In this document: positions 47,311 through 57,526 of the stretch, piece after piece
Position numbering within the stretch: position 1 is the first letter of the stretch
Layout of the letters: the number at the start of each line of letters is the position of its first letter
Position numbers and translations under genes: made by a program
Assembly: GCA_043810165.1 (NCBI GenBank)
Contig: JBDROJ010000030.1
Span: 866-64,865 of the forward strand
Length of the DNA stretch: 64,000 nt
DNA from: a bacterium
Lineage (GTDB): Bacteria > Patescibacteriota > Patescibacteriia > Magasanikbacterales > GWA2-37-8
Direction: 5' to 3'
The notes under the pieces: model-generated
The model's input: the letters and a program-made list of their open reading frames with translations, nothing else
Databases searched by the model: none
What the model was told of the DNA's origin: nothing

Positions 47311-47616
47311 ATGGGTAAATTTAAAAAAGGTCTTGTTTTAGGCGGGGCCTTGGGTGCATTATTAATGTGGCTGAACGCCACTCCAAAGGGAAAAGAAATG
47401 CGCGAAAAATTATTAAGCCATGCCGATGTTTTGTTTAAGGAATTAAAGGACAGCCTTGAACAATTAGACGGGCCTACCAGGGAAATGTATGATGCTTTGG
47501 TAGAGAGAGCCGTGGCCGAATATGCAGGCAAAAAAGAAATGGCCGTGGATATGAAGGCCAAATTGATCAAGGAATTGAAGAAAAGATGGTGTAAGCTGGA
47601 AAAAGAATTGAAATAA
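47311..47616 (+). CDS. YtxH-like small protein
   Basis: MGKFKKGLVLGGALGALLMWL N-terminus followed by a coiled-coil region. Confidence 0.4.
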   Translation: MGKFKKGLVLGGALGALLMWLNATPKGKEMREKLLSHADVLFKELKDSLEQLDGPTREMYDALVERAVAEYAGKKEMAVDMKAKLIKELKKRWCKLEKELK

Positions 47617-47653
47617 CGTCAATAACACTGATTAAACACGAATAGTATTAATA

Positions 47654-49423
47654 CTATTCGTGTTTTTTAATATCTTCTATTGTAAGTTGCAGTTCACGAT
47701 TGCCATTCCACTCGTTTACGCCGATAGTGAATACCATATCAATTTTATCGCCAGGCTTTAAATTTTTTTTCCAATCAGACGGATGGCGTGTGCAATCGCC
47801 CAAGCCGAAGCCGATCGTCTTGCGCACAGTATGCGAATTATGTTTAACCATTAAGCGCAGATGCTTGCCATCTTGTCCAACCGGTTCAACGCCAGTTATG
47901 GTTAATTCACTGGCAGTATATTTAGGCTCTTCATTGGCTTGGCCAAACGGTTCAAATTTTTGTAGGAGATCGTATAAATTCCAGTCAACTTCTTCTAAGC
48001 TGACTTGGGCATCAATCATAATTTCAGGAATTATTTTTTTATTTCCAATAATTTTTTGAGCTTTTTTAACCATTGCCTGTTTAAATTCTTCCAATTGTTG
48101 GCTGTCTTTTAAAGTTAATCCGCACGCCTGTGGATGACCGCCGAATTTATCAAAAAATTCAGGCATGGATTGCAAAGCTTCTATCATATTAAATTCTGCA
48201 ATGCTTCGGCCCGAAGCGATGATTTCGTCTGTCATGGACATGGCCAAGACCGGCCGGTAGTAGCAGTCTTTTAGCCGGCTGGCTACCAGGCCCAGAATGC
48301 CTGTGGGCCAATCATTACCGCTAATAAAAATCATAGCACTATCTGTTTGTCCGGTTTCAATTATCTGTTGTTTTGCTTGAGTTACTAATTTTTCAGTAAG
48401 TTTTTGTCGATCCAGATTATTTTGATTTAATTGTCCAGCCAGGTCAATAGCTTGTTCTTGGGTTTGGGCCATGAGCAAGGCAAAAGCTGTGTTGGCGTGA
48501 TCCATTCGCCCGGCCGCATTTAAGCGCGGTATGACTTGAAAGCCAAGCCTTCTGGTATCCAATTTTCTTTTTAATTTTCGTTTTTCGTCAGATAGACTAG
48601 CTGTTTTAAACAATTCAAGCAATCCGATATTCTGTGTTTTATTCAGAACAATAAGTCCGTAGTGTACTAATGTGCGGGATTCTCCCAACAAGGGAACCAT
48701 ATCGCCAACAGTGGCTAGGGCGACCAGATCCAGCAACCATTTTTCAAAGCCTTCGTGCAAGTCTCCATCAGGTAGAGTTTGATTTTTTTCTTTATCATAT
48801 TTGAGCAAAGCTTGAATTAGCTTAAAAGCCACGCCTCCACCGGCAAGCCCTTTGTCAGGATATTTTTCTTTGGGCATCTTAGGATGGATAATAGCGTCAG
48901 CTTTGGGTATCTTATCCGGAATAGAATGATGGTCCGTAATGATTACTTGCAAACTAGCTTGTTTAATAGCTTTGATTTCATCATAATTGCTGATTCCGCA
49001 GTCGCAGGTTATAATCAAATCGGTTTTTTGCTTAATTAATTCTTCTACCGTATTAAGATTAATTCCATAGCCGTCAATTTCTCGATGCGGAAGAAATACG
49101 CTTACGTTTTTTGCTCCAAGTTTTTTTAAGCAGTTAATAATTATTGCGGCCGCGCATACTCCATCTGCATCATAATCGCCATGCACTACAATATTTTTTT
49201 GTTTTTTAATGGCTTCAAAAATAATTTTAACTGTTTTTTTCATGTCATTAAATAAAAAAGGATCATGCAGATCTTGCAAATAATCAGGATTTAAGAATTC
49301 ATCAATTTGAGATTGCTCCCGCAGTCCGCGATTCCAAAGAAGCCTGGCCACAATCGGTGGGAGTTCGGGATGTTGATTGTAGAATTCTGCTGGCGCGTCC
49401 GACAGAATATTCCATGTGGTCAT
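47654..49423 (-). CDS. recJ: Single-stranded-DNA-specific exonuclease RecJ
   Basis: DHH motifs VHGDYDADGVCAAAI, ...TCDCGI... and ITDHH, with a DHHA1 C-terminal domain. Confidence 0.85.
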   Translation of the reverse strand: MTTWNILSDAPAEFYNQHPELPPIVARLLWNRGLREQSQIDEFLNPDYLQDLHDPFLFNDMKKTVKIIFEAIKKQKNIVVHGDYDADGVCAAAIIINCLKKLGAKNVSVFLPHREIDGYGINLNTVEELIKQKTDLIITCDCGISNYDEIKAIKQASLQVIITDHHSIPDKIPKADAIIHPKMPKEKYPDKGLAGGGVAFKLIQALLKYDKEKNQTLPDGDLHEGFEKWLLDLVALATVGDMVPLLGESRTLVHYGLIVLNKTQNIGLLELFKTASLSDEKRKLKRKLDTRRLGFQVIPRLNAAGRMDHANTAFALLMAQTQEQAIDLAGQLNQNNLDRQKLTEKLVTQAKQQIIETGQTDSAMIFISGNDWPTGILGLVASRLKDCYYRPVLAMSMTDEIIASGRSIAEFNMIEALQSMPEFFDKFGGHPQACGLTLKDSQQLEEFKQAMVKKAQKIIGNKKIIPEIMIDAQVSLEEVDWNLYDLLQKFEPFGQANEEPKYTASELTITGVEPVGQDGKHLRLMVKHNSHTVRKTIGFGLGDCTRHPSDWKKNLKPGDKIDMVFTIGVNEWNGNRELQLTIEDIKKHE

Positions 49424-49848
49424 AAAGATTTTTTTAGTTTTATGTCTTTAAAATCCCAATATGAATCAGCCAATAATAAGGTAAAAGCCAGGAAGAACGC
49501 ATTAACTGACCAATAATCGCGAGCAGAAATTGGAGTGGCATAACTATTAAATAAAGCTACGCCTAAAATTATCCAATAGACCAGGCTTTTGCCAGTTAAA
49601 TTTTTTCGTTCTGATAATTTGATTTTTGCGCGCATGCACAGAGAGAATATTAAATAAAACAGTAAGAGCGGTCCGGAAACAAGCCATTCATAGTCATGCG
49701 GATCTTGTCCCAAATTTTTTAAGATGTAAAAAACAGTCCAGACTATTAAAATTAAGGCAAAAAATAAAAATATAATATCTAGTTGATATTTTTTTAATAA
49801 TTTCATAAATTTATTCTTATAATTTTGGTCGGGATGATAATGAAACAA
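49420..49848 (-). CDS. Hypothetical 4-TM membrane protein
   Basis: ORF track only. Hydrophobic segments. Confidence 0.3.
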   Translation of the reverse strand: MFHYHPDQNYKNKFMKLLKKYQLDIIFLFFALILIVWTVFYILKNLGQDPHDYEWLVSGPLLLFYLIFSLCMRAKIKLSERKNLTGKSLVYWIILGVALFNSYATPISARDYWSVNAFFLAFTLLLADSYWDFKDIKLKKSL

Positions 49849-49995
49849 TGCTACGTTAGATCCCGGACCGTGGAGTGAATGTTCAGAAATTAATAAAAAG
49901 CAGGAAGGATTGTAAAGAAGATCATGGCTATTATTGCCAATAAGGAGATTACAATCCAGATTTTTTTAAATGTTTTTGGTTTCATGATAATGTTG

Positions 49996-51783
49996 TTATC
50001 TTTTTAATACAGCCATATAAGTACTATTGGGTATGTCGACCTTGCCCTTGCCAATGGACAGCATTTTTTTCTTGCCTTTTTTTTGTTTTTCCAATAGTTT
50101 TCTTTTGCGAGTAACATCACCGCCGTATAATTTGGCAGTCACATCTTTACGCATGGCAGATAGTCTTTCGGAGGCAATTATTTTTCCGCCAACAGCGGCT
50201 TGGATTTTTAAAACGAATTGTTGGCGCGGTAAAGTTTTTTTAAGGGTTTCTACAATTTTTTTACCAATTTTAAAGGCATCATCACGCCAAACCAGTGTGG
50301 CTAATGCCTCAACCTGGTCTTCGGCCACCAAAATATCCAGCTTAACCACGTCTGTCTTTTCGTACTGATTAAATTCATAGTTCATTGAGCCATATCCGGA
50401 GGTCGTAGTTTTTAGTTTATCATAAAAATCGGTTATAAGCGAGGCTAGAGGAATTTCATAATGCAACATGGCTCGCTGGTCATTGCCAGTGCTCAAATAC
50501 TCAGTATTTAAGTAGCGTCCTTTTTTATCAATTACCAAGTTCATAATATTGCCTATATATTCTTTTGGAGTAATAAGGTCAAGTTTCATCCATGGTTCCA
50601 TTATCTCGCCAACTCGGCTGGCATCGGGCAGTTCTTGAGGACTATGTATGACTTTTTTTTGTCCATTAGTTTCGGTTATATTGTAGGCCACGCTAGGCAC
50701 AGTTACAATTATATTTAAGCCATGCTCACGGCGCAATCGTTCTTGGAAAATATCCAAGTGTAGAAGGCCTAAAAAACCGCAACGAAAGCCAAAGCCCAGA
50801 GCCAGAGAATTTTCTGGTTCATAAGCCAGAGAAGAGTCACTTAATTTTAATTTGTCCAAAGCTTCGCGCAGTTGTTCATAATCACCGCCTTCTTTTGGAA
50901 AGATTCCAGCATAAACCATGGGTTTTACTTCTCGGTATCCTGGTAGGGCTTTGGCTCCGGAGCCGGAGGCTGCGATAGTATCTCCAACACGGCATTGTTT
51001 TAAGTCTTTAAGGCCGGTAACAACATATCCGATTTCACCATTTAATATCTTTTCACTGGGTTTAAACTTAGGAGTATAATATCCAATCTCTAAAATTTCA
51101 GCATCTTTTTGCGTACCAAAAAAATTGATTTTATCTCCCTTGCACAATTCTCCGTCAAATACTCTGACCGAGGCAATCACGCCACGGTAATCATCATAAT
51201 GAGAATCAAAAATCATGGCTCGGCTAGTACGGCCTGTATTGTCAGGCGGAGCAGGTATTTGTTTAATAATCGCTTCCAATAACTGTTCCACGCCTTGGCC
51301 GGTTTTGGCTGAACATAACAAGATGTCTTGTTCCCTGCATCCGATCAAGTGGATTATTTCTTGTTTTACCTTATCAATGTCAGCCGAAGGCATGTCAATT
51401 TTGTTGATCACCGGAATAATGGTCAGATCCTGCTCTATGGCCAAATAAAGATTGCCTATTGTCTGGGCTTGAACGCCTTGGGTTGCATCCACGAGCAGTA
51501 TAGTGCCTTCTACTGCGGCAAGTGATCGGGATACCTCATAATTAAAGTCCACATGGCCCGGAGTATCAATTAAATTCAAAATATAGTTTTGATATTTCAT
51601 TCTTACCGGTGTAAGTTTAATGGTAATTCCGCGTTCTTGCTCAAGCTCCATTGAATCAAGAAGTTGGGATTTCATATTTCTTTTTTCCACTGTATTGGTT
51701 AATTCTAAAAACCTATCAGCCAGCGTGGATTTGCCATGATCAATATGTGCAATTATACAGAAGTTGCGAAGGTTTTTGTTCAT
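49996..51783 (-). CDS. lepA: Translation elongation factor 4 (LepA)
   Basis: NFCIIAHIDHGKSTLADR G1 motif, DTPGHVDF G3 motif, and a LepA C-terminal domain. The start is trimmed to MNKNLRNF (ATG at 51783) so that it does not overlap the upstream gene. Confidence 0.9.
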   Translation of the reverse strand: MNKNLRNFCIIAHIDHGKSTLADRFLELTNTVEKRNMKSQLLDSMELEQERGITIKLTPVRMKYQNYILNLIDTPGHVDFNYEVSRSLAAVEGTILLVDATQGVQAQTIGNLYLAIEQDLTIIPVINKIDMPSADIDKVKQEIIHLIGCREQDILLCSAKTGQGVEQLLEAIIKQIPAPPDNTGRTSRAMIFDSHYDDYRGVIASVRVFDGELCKGDKINFFGTQKDAEILEIGYYTPKFKPSEKILNGEIGYVVTGLKDLKQCRVGDTIAASGSGAKALPGYREVKPMVYAGIFPKEGGDYEQLREALDKLKLSDSSLAYEPENSLALGFGFRCGFLGLLHLDIFQERLRREHGLNIIVTVPSVAYNITETNGQKKVIHSPQELPDASRVGEIMEPWMKLDLITPKEYIGNIMNLVIDKKGRYLNTEYLSTGNDQRAMLHYEIPLASLITDFYDKLKTTTSGYGSMNYEFNQYEKTDVVKLDILVAEDQVEALATLVWRDDAFKIGKKIVETLKKTLPRQQFVLKIQAAVGGKIIASERLSAMRKDVTAKLYGGDVTRKRKLLEKQKKGKKKMLSIGKGKVDIPNSTYMAVLKR

Positions 51784-51791
51784 GTTTTTAA

Positions 51792-53111
51792 TTAAATTGA
51801 TGCCGCAGCAAAGGCAAATAAGGTCATAAAGCCCAATAATACATGCGTGACAATCCACAATACAACTAACGATATTAGTAATTTTTCGTTGGATAATGTT
51901 TTTCTTGGTATGTATGATAGAATTGCCAACAGTAAGAATCCGAGTATGTTTACCAGTAGAATGGACATCCATTTATATGGGATAATAGAAGAAAATGCAT
52001 AAGTACTTCCAAGAATCCAGAGATCGGTAATTCTTAAGCCAAAAATTATTATCGTTTCATATATTGGGGGGGCGGTTTTCGGTACAGTTTTTAAGGCTAA
52101 GTGAAAAATGTCAGGAATTATTTTACACAACAAAGTAATTACCATACTCATTCCAGTTGCTGGAATTAAGAAAAATAGACCTTCTTTTTTTCTGATTGCT
52201 AAATATAGTATATAGAGGGCTATAAGAAAAACCAAATTGACTATGATTTCGTGAATGCTAGTATTGTATCCATCTATCAAGTAATTATATTGTTTTGTTT
52301 TACAATTTTGTTTAAGCCAAAGAGTTTTAATTCGACTACAAAGCTGGTAGTTTTTGGTTTTACTGGATATATAATCATAACAATGGTCTTTTAACAGGTC
52401 ATTTTTTATTAAATTACATTTTTTTTCATCTAATAATAATTTTATACAATAACCAAAATTTTCACTATCAGTTTTAAAATAATAGCAAGGAGTTGGGTCC
52501 TGATTTTTTTGCACTAAAAAATCTATACATCTGGTTTTTTCTTGCTGGGGTAGTATATCTTTGCAGGTGTCATTTGGTAAACTTGTTTTTCTGTCTTTAA
52601 ATAAGGCTTCTATACAATAAAAATTACCTGTTTTAAGACATAGGTCGGTATCCTGGGTAGCAACGGCTACTTTGGCTTTGCAATAAGATCGTTCATCTTT
52701 GAATATATCATCAATTTTGTTGCAACAAGGAGTGGTTTTACATCTTTCTAGATAGCACCACCTTCGATTATTAGAAGATCTTAATTCATCACAGCTATAA
52801 TTTGGTTTTATTATTTTCAAAGCATCATCATAACATCCATCTCTAGTGCCAGTGCTTTGGTCAGAATGAAATTTATTACTTGGATTAAAAGAATAGTCGC
52901 ACAGAGACAAGTCGGCTTTATTTGCAGTAATTATTTTTTCAATGCAATATATATCAACCCAGCTTTCTTTAGTAGTACATTTTATTATATGCTCATCATA
53001 TTCTATTTTGGTTGAGGTGGGGATAATAGCGTTCGGGTCTCTGGCCTGACTAATACCGGGAATCAACAAAATAAAGGCGATAAGGACTAAATAGATTTTG
53101 ATTGATCGCAT
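51792..53111 (-). CDS. Cys-rich secreted domain plus C-terminal multi-TM protein (hypothetical)
   Basis: Signal peptide. About 30 Cys in repeated C...YC / C..D..C spacing across ~280 aa. Then 4-5 TM helices. Confidence 0.35.
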   Translation of the reverse strand: MRSIKIYLVLIAFILLIPGISQARDPNAIIPTSTKIEYDEHIIKCTTKESWVDIYCIEKIITANKADLSLCDYSFNPSNKFHSDQSTGTRDGCYDDALKIIKPNYSCDELRSSNNRRWCYLERCKTTPCCNKIDDIFKDERSYCKAKVAVATQDTDLCLKTGNFYCIEALFKDRKTSLPNDTCKDILPQQEKTRCIDFLVQKNQDPTPCYYFKTDSENFGYCIKLLLDEKKCNLIKNDLLKDHCYDYISSKTKNYQLCSRIKTLWLKQNCKTKQYNYLIDGYNTSIHEIIVNLVFLIALYILYLAIRKKEGLFFLIPATGMSMVITLLCKIIPDIFHLALKTVPKTAPPIYETIIIFGLRITDLWILGSTYAFSSIIPYKWMSILLVNILGFLLLAILSYIPRKTLSNEKLLISLVVLWIVTHVLLGFMTLFAFAAASI

Positions 53112-53225
53112 ATGGTATGGATATTAAAGTTATTAGCCTTATTATAGAGCCAATCCAGGTTTTTGGCAAGGGCATATAGCTTGACAAAACCGCTAAAATG
53201 TGCAATATTGCACGCCCCTAATTTA

Positions 53226-53257
53226 AAAAACATCCCAACAGGATGATTTTTTGTTTG
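53226..53257 (-). terminator. Terminator downstream of murJ (minus strand)
   Basis: Minus strand reads aaaaaaTCATCCtgttgGGATGAttttttaaa (plus strand reads aaaaaaCATCCcaacaGGATGatttttt). Confidence 0.5.
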
Positions 53258-53313
53258 GAAATTTGTAGATTAAATCTGAATATTCCCCGTCAGCTTGTTG
53301 CGGGGTAATTCAT

Positions 53314-54930
53314 TTAATTTTTCAAATCAACGCTCTCTTTGATTTCCACTTTTCGCAGGCGTAACCATTTTCTTTTAAAACTATCTTTAAATTGTAGAAA
53401 TTCAGGCACTCTTAATAAATAGCAAATAAAACAATAAACAAATAGTCCGACTACACCAGCGATCAGGCCTTGTAAAAAAATGCCGATAAAATAATTTTGG
53501 TCAAATTGCAGAGCCAAAGGATATTTTAAGTATTGAACCACAGAAGCCATGACTAATCCTGCAAAAGCAATTCGCCAGAATGAAGAAAATAATTTATGCT
53601 CTTCAAAAGAACCAGTAATGCCACGCAGACTTCCGGCCAGTAAAAATAAGTTTAATATGGCGCCAATGGAAAAAGCCAAAGCAAGACCGGCCACGCCCAA
53701 TGACTTCATTAATAATAGAGCCGCAATAATGGTTACCAGTTCAGAAATAATAGCAATCACAAAAGGAGTTTTAGTGTTTTCCAAAGCATAAAAAGCCCGG
53801 CAGAATAAAGGAATTAAAGATTGAGCGAATAAGCTTAAAACAAAAAAAGCCAGAGTATCAGCCGTATTAATGGTGTCTGACCAAGTAAAAGCTCCGCTTC
53901 CTAATACAACTCTGACAATTTGAGCGCGTAGTAATAAAAAGATCAATGAAATTGGAACCACCAAGAATAATACTTGTCTGATGGATATGGACAAGTGTTT
54001 TATAAATTTTTTTTCATCGTTCTCAGCAACTGCTGCAGATAGAACCGGAAACACAGCCAAAGCAAATGGGATGCCTATTATGCCTGTTGGCACGCCCTGA
54101 AGATTGTTAGCATAGTTGAAAATGGCTATACTGCCCACCGGGAGCAAAGAAGCCATTATTGTAAATATTACAATATTAATTTGGCTGACTGCTAGACTCA
54201 AAGTGCGCGGTATCATTAATTTTCCCACCAATAAAGTTTCTTTGTCTCTGAAATCAAATACTGGTTTCCAACGATAGCCTTGTGCATAAGCGCCATAAGT
54301 CTGCATAATAAGATGAATTAAGGCCCCTAATACAACACCCCAGGCCAAAGCCTTAATTCCAAAATATGGAACAAGCACAACAACGCCAAAAATTATTCCT
54401 ACATTATAGAATATCGGGGCAATGGAAAAAATTAAAAAACTGCGCAAAGATTGTAGTATTGTTCCCATAATCATTGATATGCTTAGCAATAACATGGAAA
54501 TGAACATGATACGGCCGAAGCTAACCGCCAATTGAGTTGTACTTTGATCAAATCCAGGCGCCAAGTATGGGATTAATTTGGGCATATAAATTATGCCTAG
54601 TATGGTTAATAAAAATACCAGACTGCCTAAAATATTTAAAATATTGCTGGCTAACCGCCAAGCCGATTCTTGATTTTGCTTGGTCATCAACTTGGTAAAA
54701 ATCGGTATAAAGCCAGCGCTAATTGCGCCTACAATTAAAAGATTATACACCATATCAGGCATCTTGAAGGCTGTATAATATGCATCCATAATTTCAGAAG
54801 CGCGGAAGTGGTGGGCGAACATACGTTCGCGAAACAGCCCGACCAGACGGCTAGCCAAAGCAGTACATGAAATTAAAATTGCCGCGCCTGTTACGCTTTT
54901 GGATTGTCCGTTTAAGATGCGCGAGAGCAT
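53314..54930 (-). CDS. murJ: Lipid II flippase MurJ (MviN)
   Basis: N-terminal ...ILISCTALASRLVGLFRERMFAHHFRASEIMDAYYTAF... is the MurJ signature. About 14 TM. 538 aa. Confidence 0.85.
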   Translation of the reverse strand: MLSRILNGQSKSVTGAAILISCTALASRLVGLFRERMFAHHFRASEIMDAYYTAFKMPDMVYNLLIVGAISAGFIPIFTKLMTKQNQESAWRLASNILNILGSLVFLLTILGIIYMPKLIPYLAPGFDQSTTQLAVSFGRIMFISMLLLSISMIMGTILQSLRSFLIFSIAPIFYNVGIIFGVVVLVPYFGIKALAWGVVLGALIHLIMQTYGAYAQGYRWKPVFDFRDKETLLVGKLMIPRTLSLAVSQINIVIFTIMASLLPVGSIAIFNYANNLQGVPTGIIGIPFALAVFPVLSAAVAENDEKKFIKHLSISIRQVLFLVVPISLIFLLLRAQIVRVVLGSGAFTWSDTINTADTLAFFVLSLFAQSLIPLFCRAFYALENTKTPFVIAIISELVTIIAALLLMKSLGVAGLALAFSIGAILNLFLLAGSLRGITGSFEEHKLFSSFWRIAFAGLVMASVVQYLKYPLALQFDQNYFIGIFLQGLIAGVVGLFVYCFICYLLRVPEFLQFKDSFKRKWLRLRKVEIKESVDLKN

Positions 54931-54940
54931 GAAGGTTTGA

Positions 54941-55636
54941 TTAATAAGCAGGAGTGCTTGTATTTGTTTGTGGATAATAATTAACTATCAAATTGGCTAC
55001 ATTGGTTCCGGAGTTGTTTTGGTCGGTTTGGGTGTAAAATGATCCAGCTATGCTTTGTTTTTTGAAAGAGAATCCTTTTTGAGTATCAGTATCACTTTCA
55101 GGAGTGATTACATAATCATATCTTAGAAGCATACTTTGATAATATGAATACAGAAATTTTAAATCAGCATTTAAGTTTTTCCATTCTACTTTAATAATAT
55201 TCCGCTTATCACTCACCGGCGAGTTAACTATATTCCACATATTTTTGTAAATGGAAAGTTTGTCCTTGCCTGGCTCAACCATTTGATCTTTTTCCAAAAC
55301 CGAAATTAAAGGAGTTAAAATTAATTTTGGAAAAATAGCCGATACCTCAATTACTCTATTTTTATATTCACCGGATACATAAGTAATTGTTTCAATATGT
55401 TCTTTATCATAAATCGGTATCTCGGCTGGAAAATCGCTTGGTATGGCCGATACTTGTTGAGGGCCCACGCCAAGAGCATATTTTAATAGCAATACAATAA
55501 TTACTATAAAAATAATAAAACAACCGCAACCTCCCACGCAACTGCGTTTTATGACAGAAAAGGCAGTATATTTGCGGGTAATTTCTTCCAAAGGCGGTTC
55601 TTTGATTTCAACGTCTTTTATTATGTCGCGTCTCAT
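54941..55636 (-). CDS. Hypothetical membrane-anchored protein
   Basis: ORF track only. One N-terminal TM. Confidence 0.3.
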   Translation of the reverse strand: MRRDIIKDVEIKEPPLEEITRKYTAFSVIKRSCVGGCGCFIIFIVIIVLLLKYALGVGPQQVSAIPSDFPAEIPIYDKEHIETITYVSGEYKNRVIEVSAIFPKLILTPLISVLEKDQMVEPGKDKLSIYKNMWNIVNSPVSDKRNIIKVEWKNLNADLKFLYSYYQSMLLRYDYVITPESDTDTQKGFSFKKQSIAGSFYTQTDQNNSGTNVANLIVNYYPQTNTSTPAY

Positions 55637-55749
55637 AGTTGAAATTATTGTAGCAAAAAATTGCGGTTTTGTATAGTTGTGCTATACTTTAAAATAATAG
55701 AATTCATACTAAGTTTTTTAAATTAGTGGATATAGATAATAGGCATCTC

Positions 55750-55866
55750 TGTCATTGCGAGCGTAGCGAAGCAATCTCGTTATTACTAGAACCAACGAGA
55801 TTGCCGTGTCGTCGCTCCGCTCCTCCTCGCAATGACAATGTTATCACACTTCTCGCAATGACAGAT
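55750..55866. repeat. GTCATTGCGAG-family nested palindromic repeat (full copy H)
   Basis: gtcattgcgagcgtagcGAAGCAATCTCGTTattactagaaccAACGAGATTGCcgtgtcgtcgctccgctcctcctcgcaatgacaatgttatcacacttctcgcaatgac. Confidence 0.85.
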
Positions 55867-55880
55867 CTGACTAATTTAAG

Positions 55881-57272
55881 TTGAATATAAAAGTATTAAT
55901 ACAAATTTTTATGAAAATATCTTTTCATGGTGCGGCTGGTGAAGTCACCGGATCGTGCAGTTTGGTAAAAACTGAACAAGAAAAATTTTTGATTGATTGC
56001 GGAATGTTTCAGGGTGGTAAAAAAACCGAACAGCAGAATTTGGAGGAATTTAGTTTTAATCCAATGGAATTAGATTGTGTGATTATTACTCATGCCCACC
56101 TTGATCACATTGGTCGTCTGCCATTATTAATTAAAGCCGGTTATCAAGGTCCAATTTATGCTACTACTGCTACTGCCGATTTAGCCAAATTAATTTTAGA
56201 AGACGCTTTGCATGTCATGCAACAAAATTACAAACATCACAGCGATCCGGTTTTGTATGATAGTACAGATGTATCAGCTTGCTTGCAACAGTTTAAGATA
56301 ACTGACTATGGTTCAGCTACTATCATTAAAAACAAAGCAAAGTTTACTTTTCATGATGCAGGACATATTTTTGGATCAGCTTTTGTGGAGATAGAAGCTG
56401 GTGGTAAACATGTAATATTTTCTGGCGACGTGGGCAATTGTGATGTGCCAATTTTAAGAGAGACCGAAAATTTACCCAATGGACTAGACCTGGTGGTCTG
56501 CGAATCAACTTATGGTGGACGTATTCATGAAGCCAAAACCAACCAACAAAGAGAAGAAATAATTGAAGGTATGATTGTTGAAGCCCTTGGTCGTGGTGGT
56601 ACATTAATGATACCTTCTTTTGCTTTAGAACGTACCCAGCAATTATTATATTTATTAAACGAATTAATTGACAGAAAAAAAGTTTTGCCGCGCGTGCCCA
56701 TATTTTTAGACAGCCCGCTCGCAATCAAAGCCACCGAAGTATATCGTCGTTTTCCTAAATATTATGATCAAGAAGCCAGAAAATTATATCAAGCCGATGA
56801 CGACCTATTTAATTTCCCGGGTTTAACTTTTACTGAAACCGTGGAACAATCAAAAAGCATTAATCAGGTGCCTGGCTCAAAAATAATTATTGCCGGAGCC
56901 GGCATGATGAATGGCGGTAGAATTTTGCATCATGCAATGCGCCATTTGTCAGACAACAGCAGTACATTATTATTTATCGGATACCAAGCTAATGGTACAT
57001 TGGGTCGGCAAATATTGGATGGAGTATCGCAAGTAAAAATAATGAAAGAAAAAATACCAGTTAAATGTAAAGTGCGCGCCATCGGTGCTTTGTCAGCTCA
57101 TGCTGATCAATCTAAAATTTTAGATTGGTTGGGTAACACCAAGGTAGCGCCTAAACAAGTGATTTTAAATCATGGAGAAATTGACCAGTCTGAAGTTGTG
57201 TTGCAGAGGATTGAGCATGAATTAGGAATTAAAACAAAGTTGGCAGAAATTGATCGGTGGTTTAAAATTTAA
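55881..57272 (+). CDS. MBL-fold beta-CASP ribonuclease (RNase J/CPSF-like)
   Basis: HAHLDHIGRLP (MBL motif 2, HxHxDH), downstream His and Asp motifs and a beta-CASP region. The start may be the Met at 55911. Confidence 0.7.
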   Translation: MNIKVLIQIFMKISFHGAAGEVTGSCSLVKTEQEKFLIDCGMFQGGKKTEQQNLEEFSFNPMELDCVIITHAHLDHIGRLPLLIKAGYQGPIYATTATADLAKLILEDALHVMQQNYKHHSDPVLYDSTDVSACLQQFKITDYGSATIIKNKAKFTFHDAGHIFGSAFVEIEAGGKHVIFSGDVGNCDVPILRETENLPNGLDLVVCESTYGGRIHEAKTNQQREEIIEGMIVEALGRGGTLMIPSFALERTQQLLYLLNELIDRKKVLPRVPIFLDSPLAIKATEVYRRFPKYYDQEARKLYQADDDLFNFPGLTFTETVEQSKSINQVPGSKIIIAGAGMMNGGRILHHAMRHLSDNSSTLLFIGYQANGTLGRQILDGVSQVKIMKEKIPVKCKVRAIGALSAHADQSKILDWLGNTKVAPKQVILNHGEIDQSEVVLQRIEHELGIKTKLAEIDRWFKI

Positions 57273-57275
57273 GTC

Positions 57276-57325
57276 ATTGTGAATATGCAGGCCTGCCTAG
57301 CGGGCAGGCTACTCCTAGCGATAGC
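57276..57325. repeat. GTCATTG...GCCTGCCtagcGGGCAGGC... repeat variant (copy E)
   Basis: aagtcattgtgaatatgcaggcctgcctagcgggcaggctactcctagcgatagc. It shares the hairpin with copy D at 26450-26470. Confidence 0.6.
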
Positions 57326-57439
57326 AAGAACACCTATTAAGAATCGTCCAAGAATCAAGTCGGGCGATTTTTTTGTTAATTAGATTTAATTACCAAAATC
57401 TGTGGATAACTGTGGCTATTTGTGTTTGACCAGGATGGA

Positions 57440-57482
57440 GAAGTGGTGTAAAATGGATTGTAGTGGGGAAAGGTGGGGAATT
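57440..57482 (+). promoter_or_regulatory. Candidate MraZ operator: direct GTGG(G/T)G repeats upstream of mraZ
   Basis: GTGGTGtaaaatggattgtaGTGGGGaaagGTGGGGaattt. The last two boxes are spaced 10 nt. MraZ is known to bind tandem TGGGN repeats in its own promoter. Confidence 0.45.
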
Positions 57483-57526
57483 TTTAGAAAAACCTCAAAA
57501 TTTTTCCAGTTGTTTAAGCTCTATAC

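Noticed and set aside
51784-51972. N-terminal 63-aa extension of lepA in the track
   Set aside because: The extension is non-homologous and overlaps the upstream Cys-rich gene. MNKNLRNF is the LepA start.
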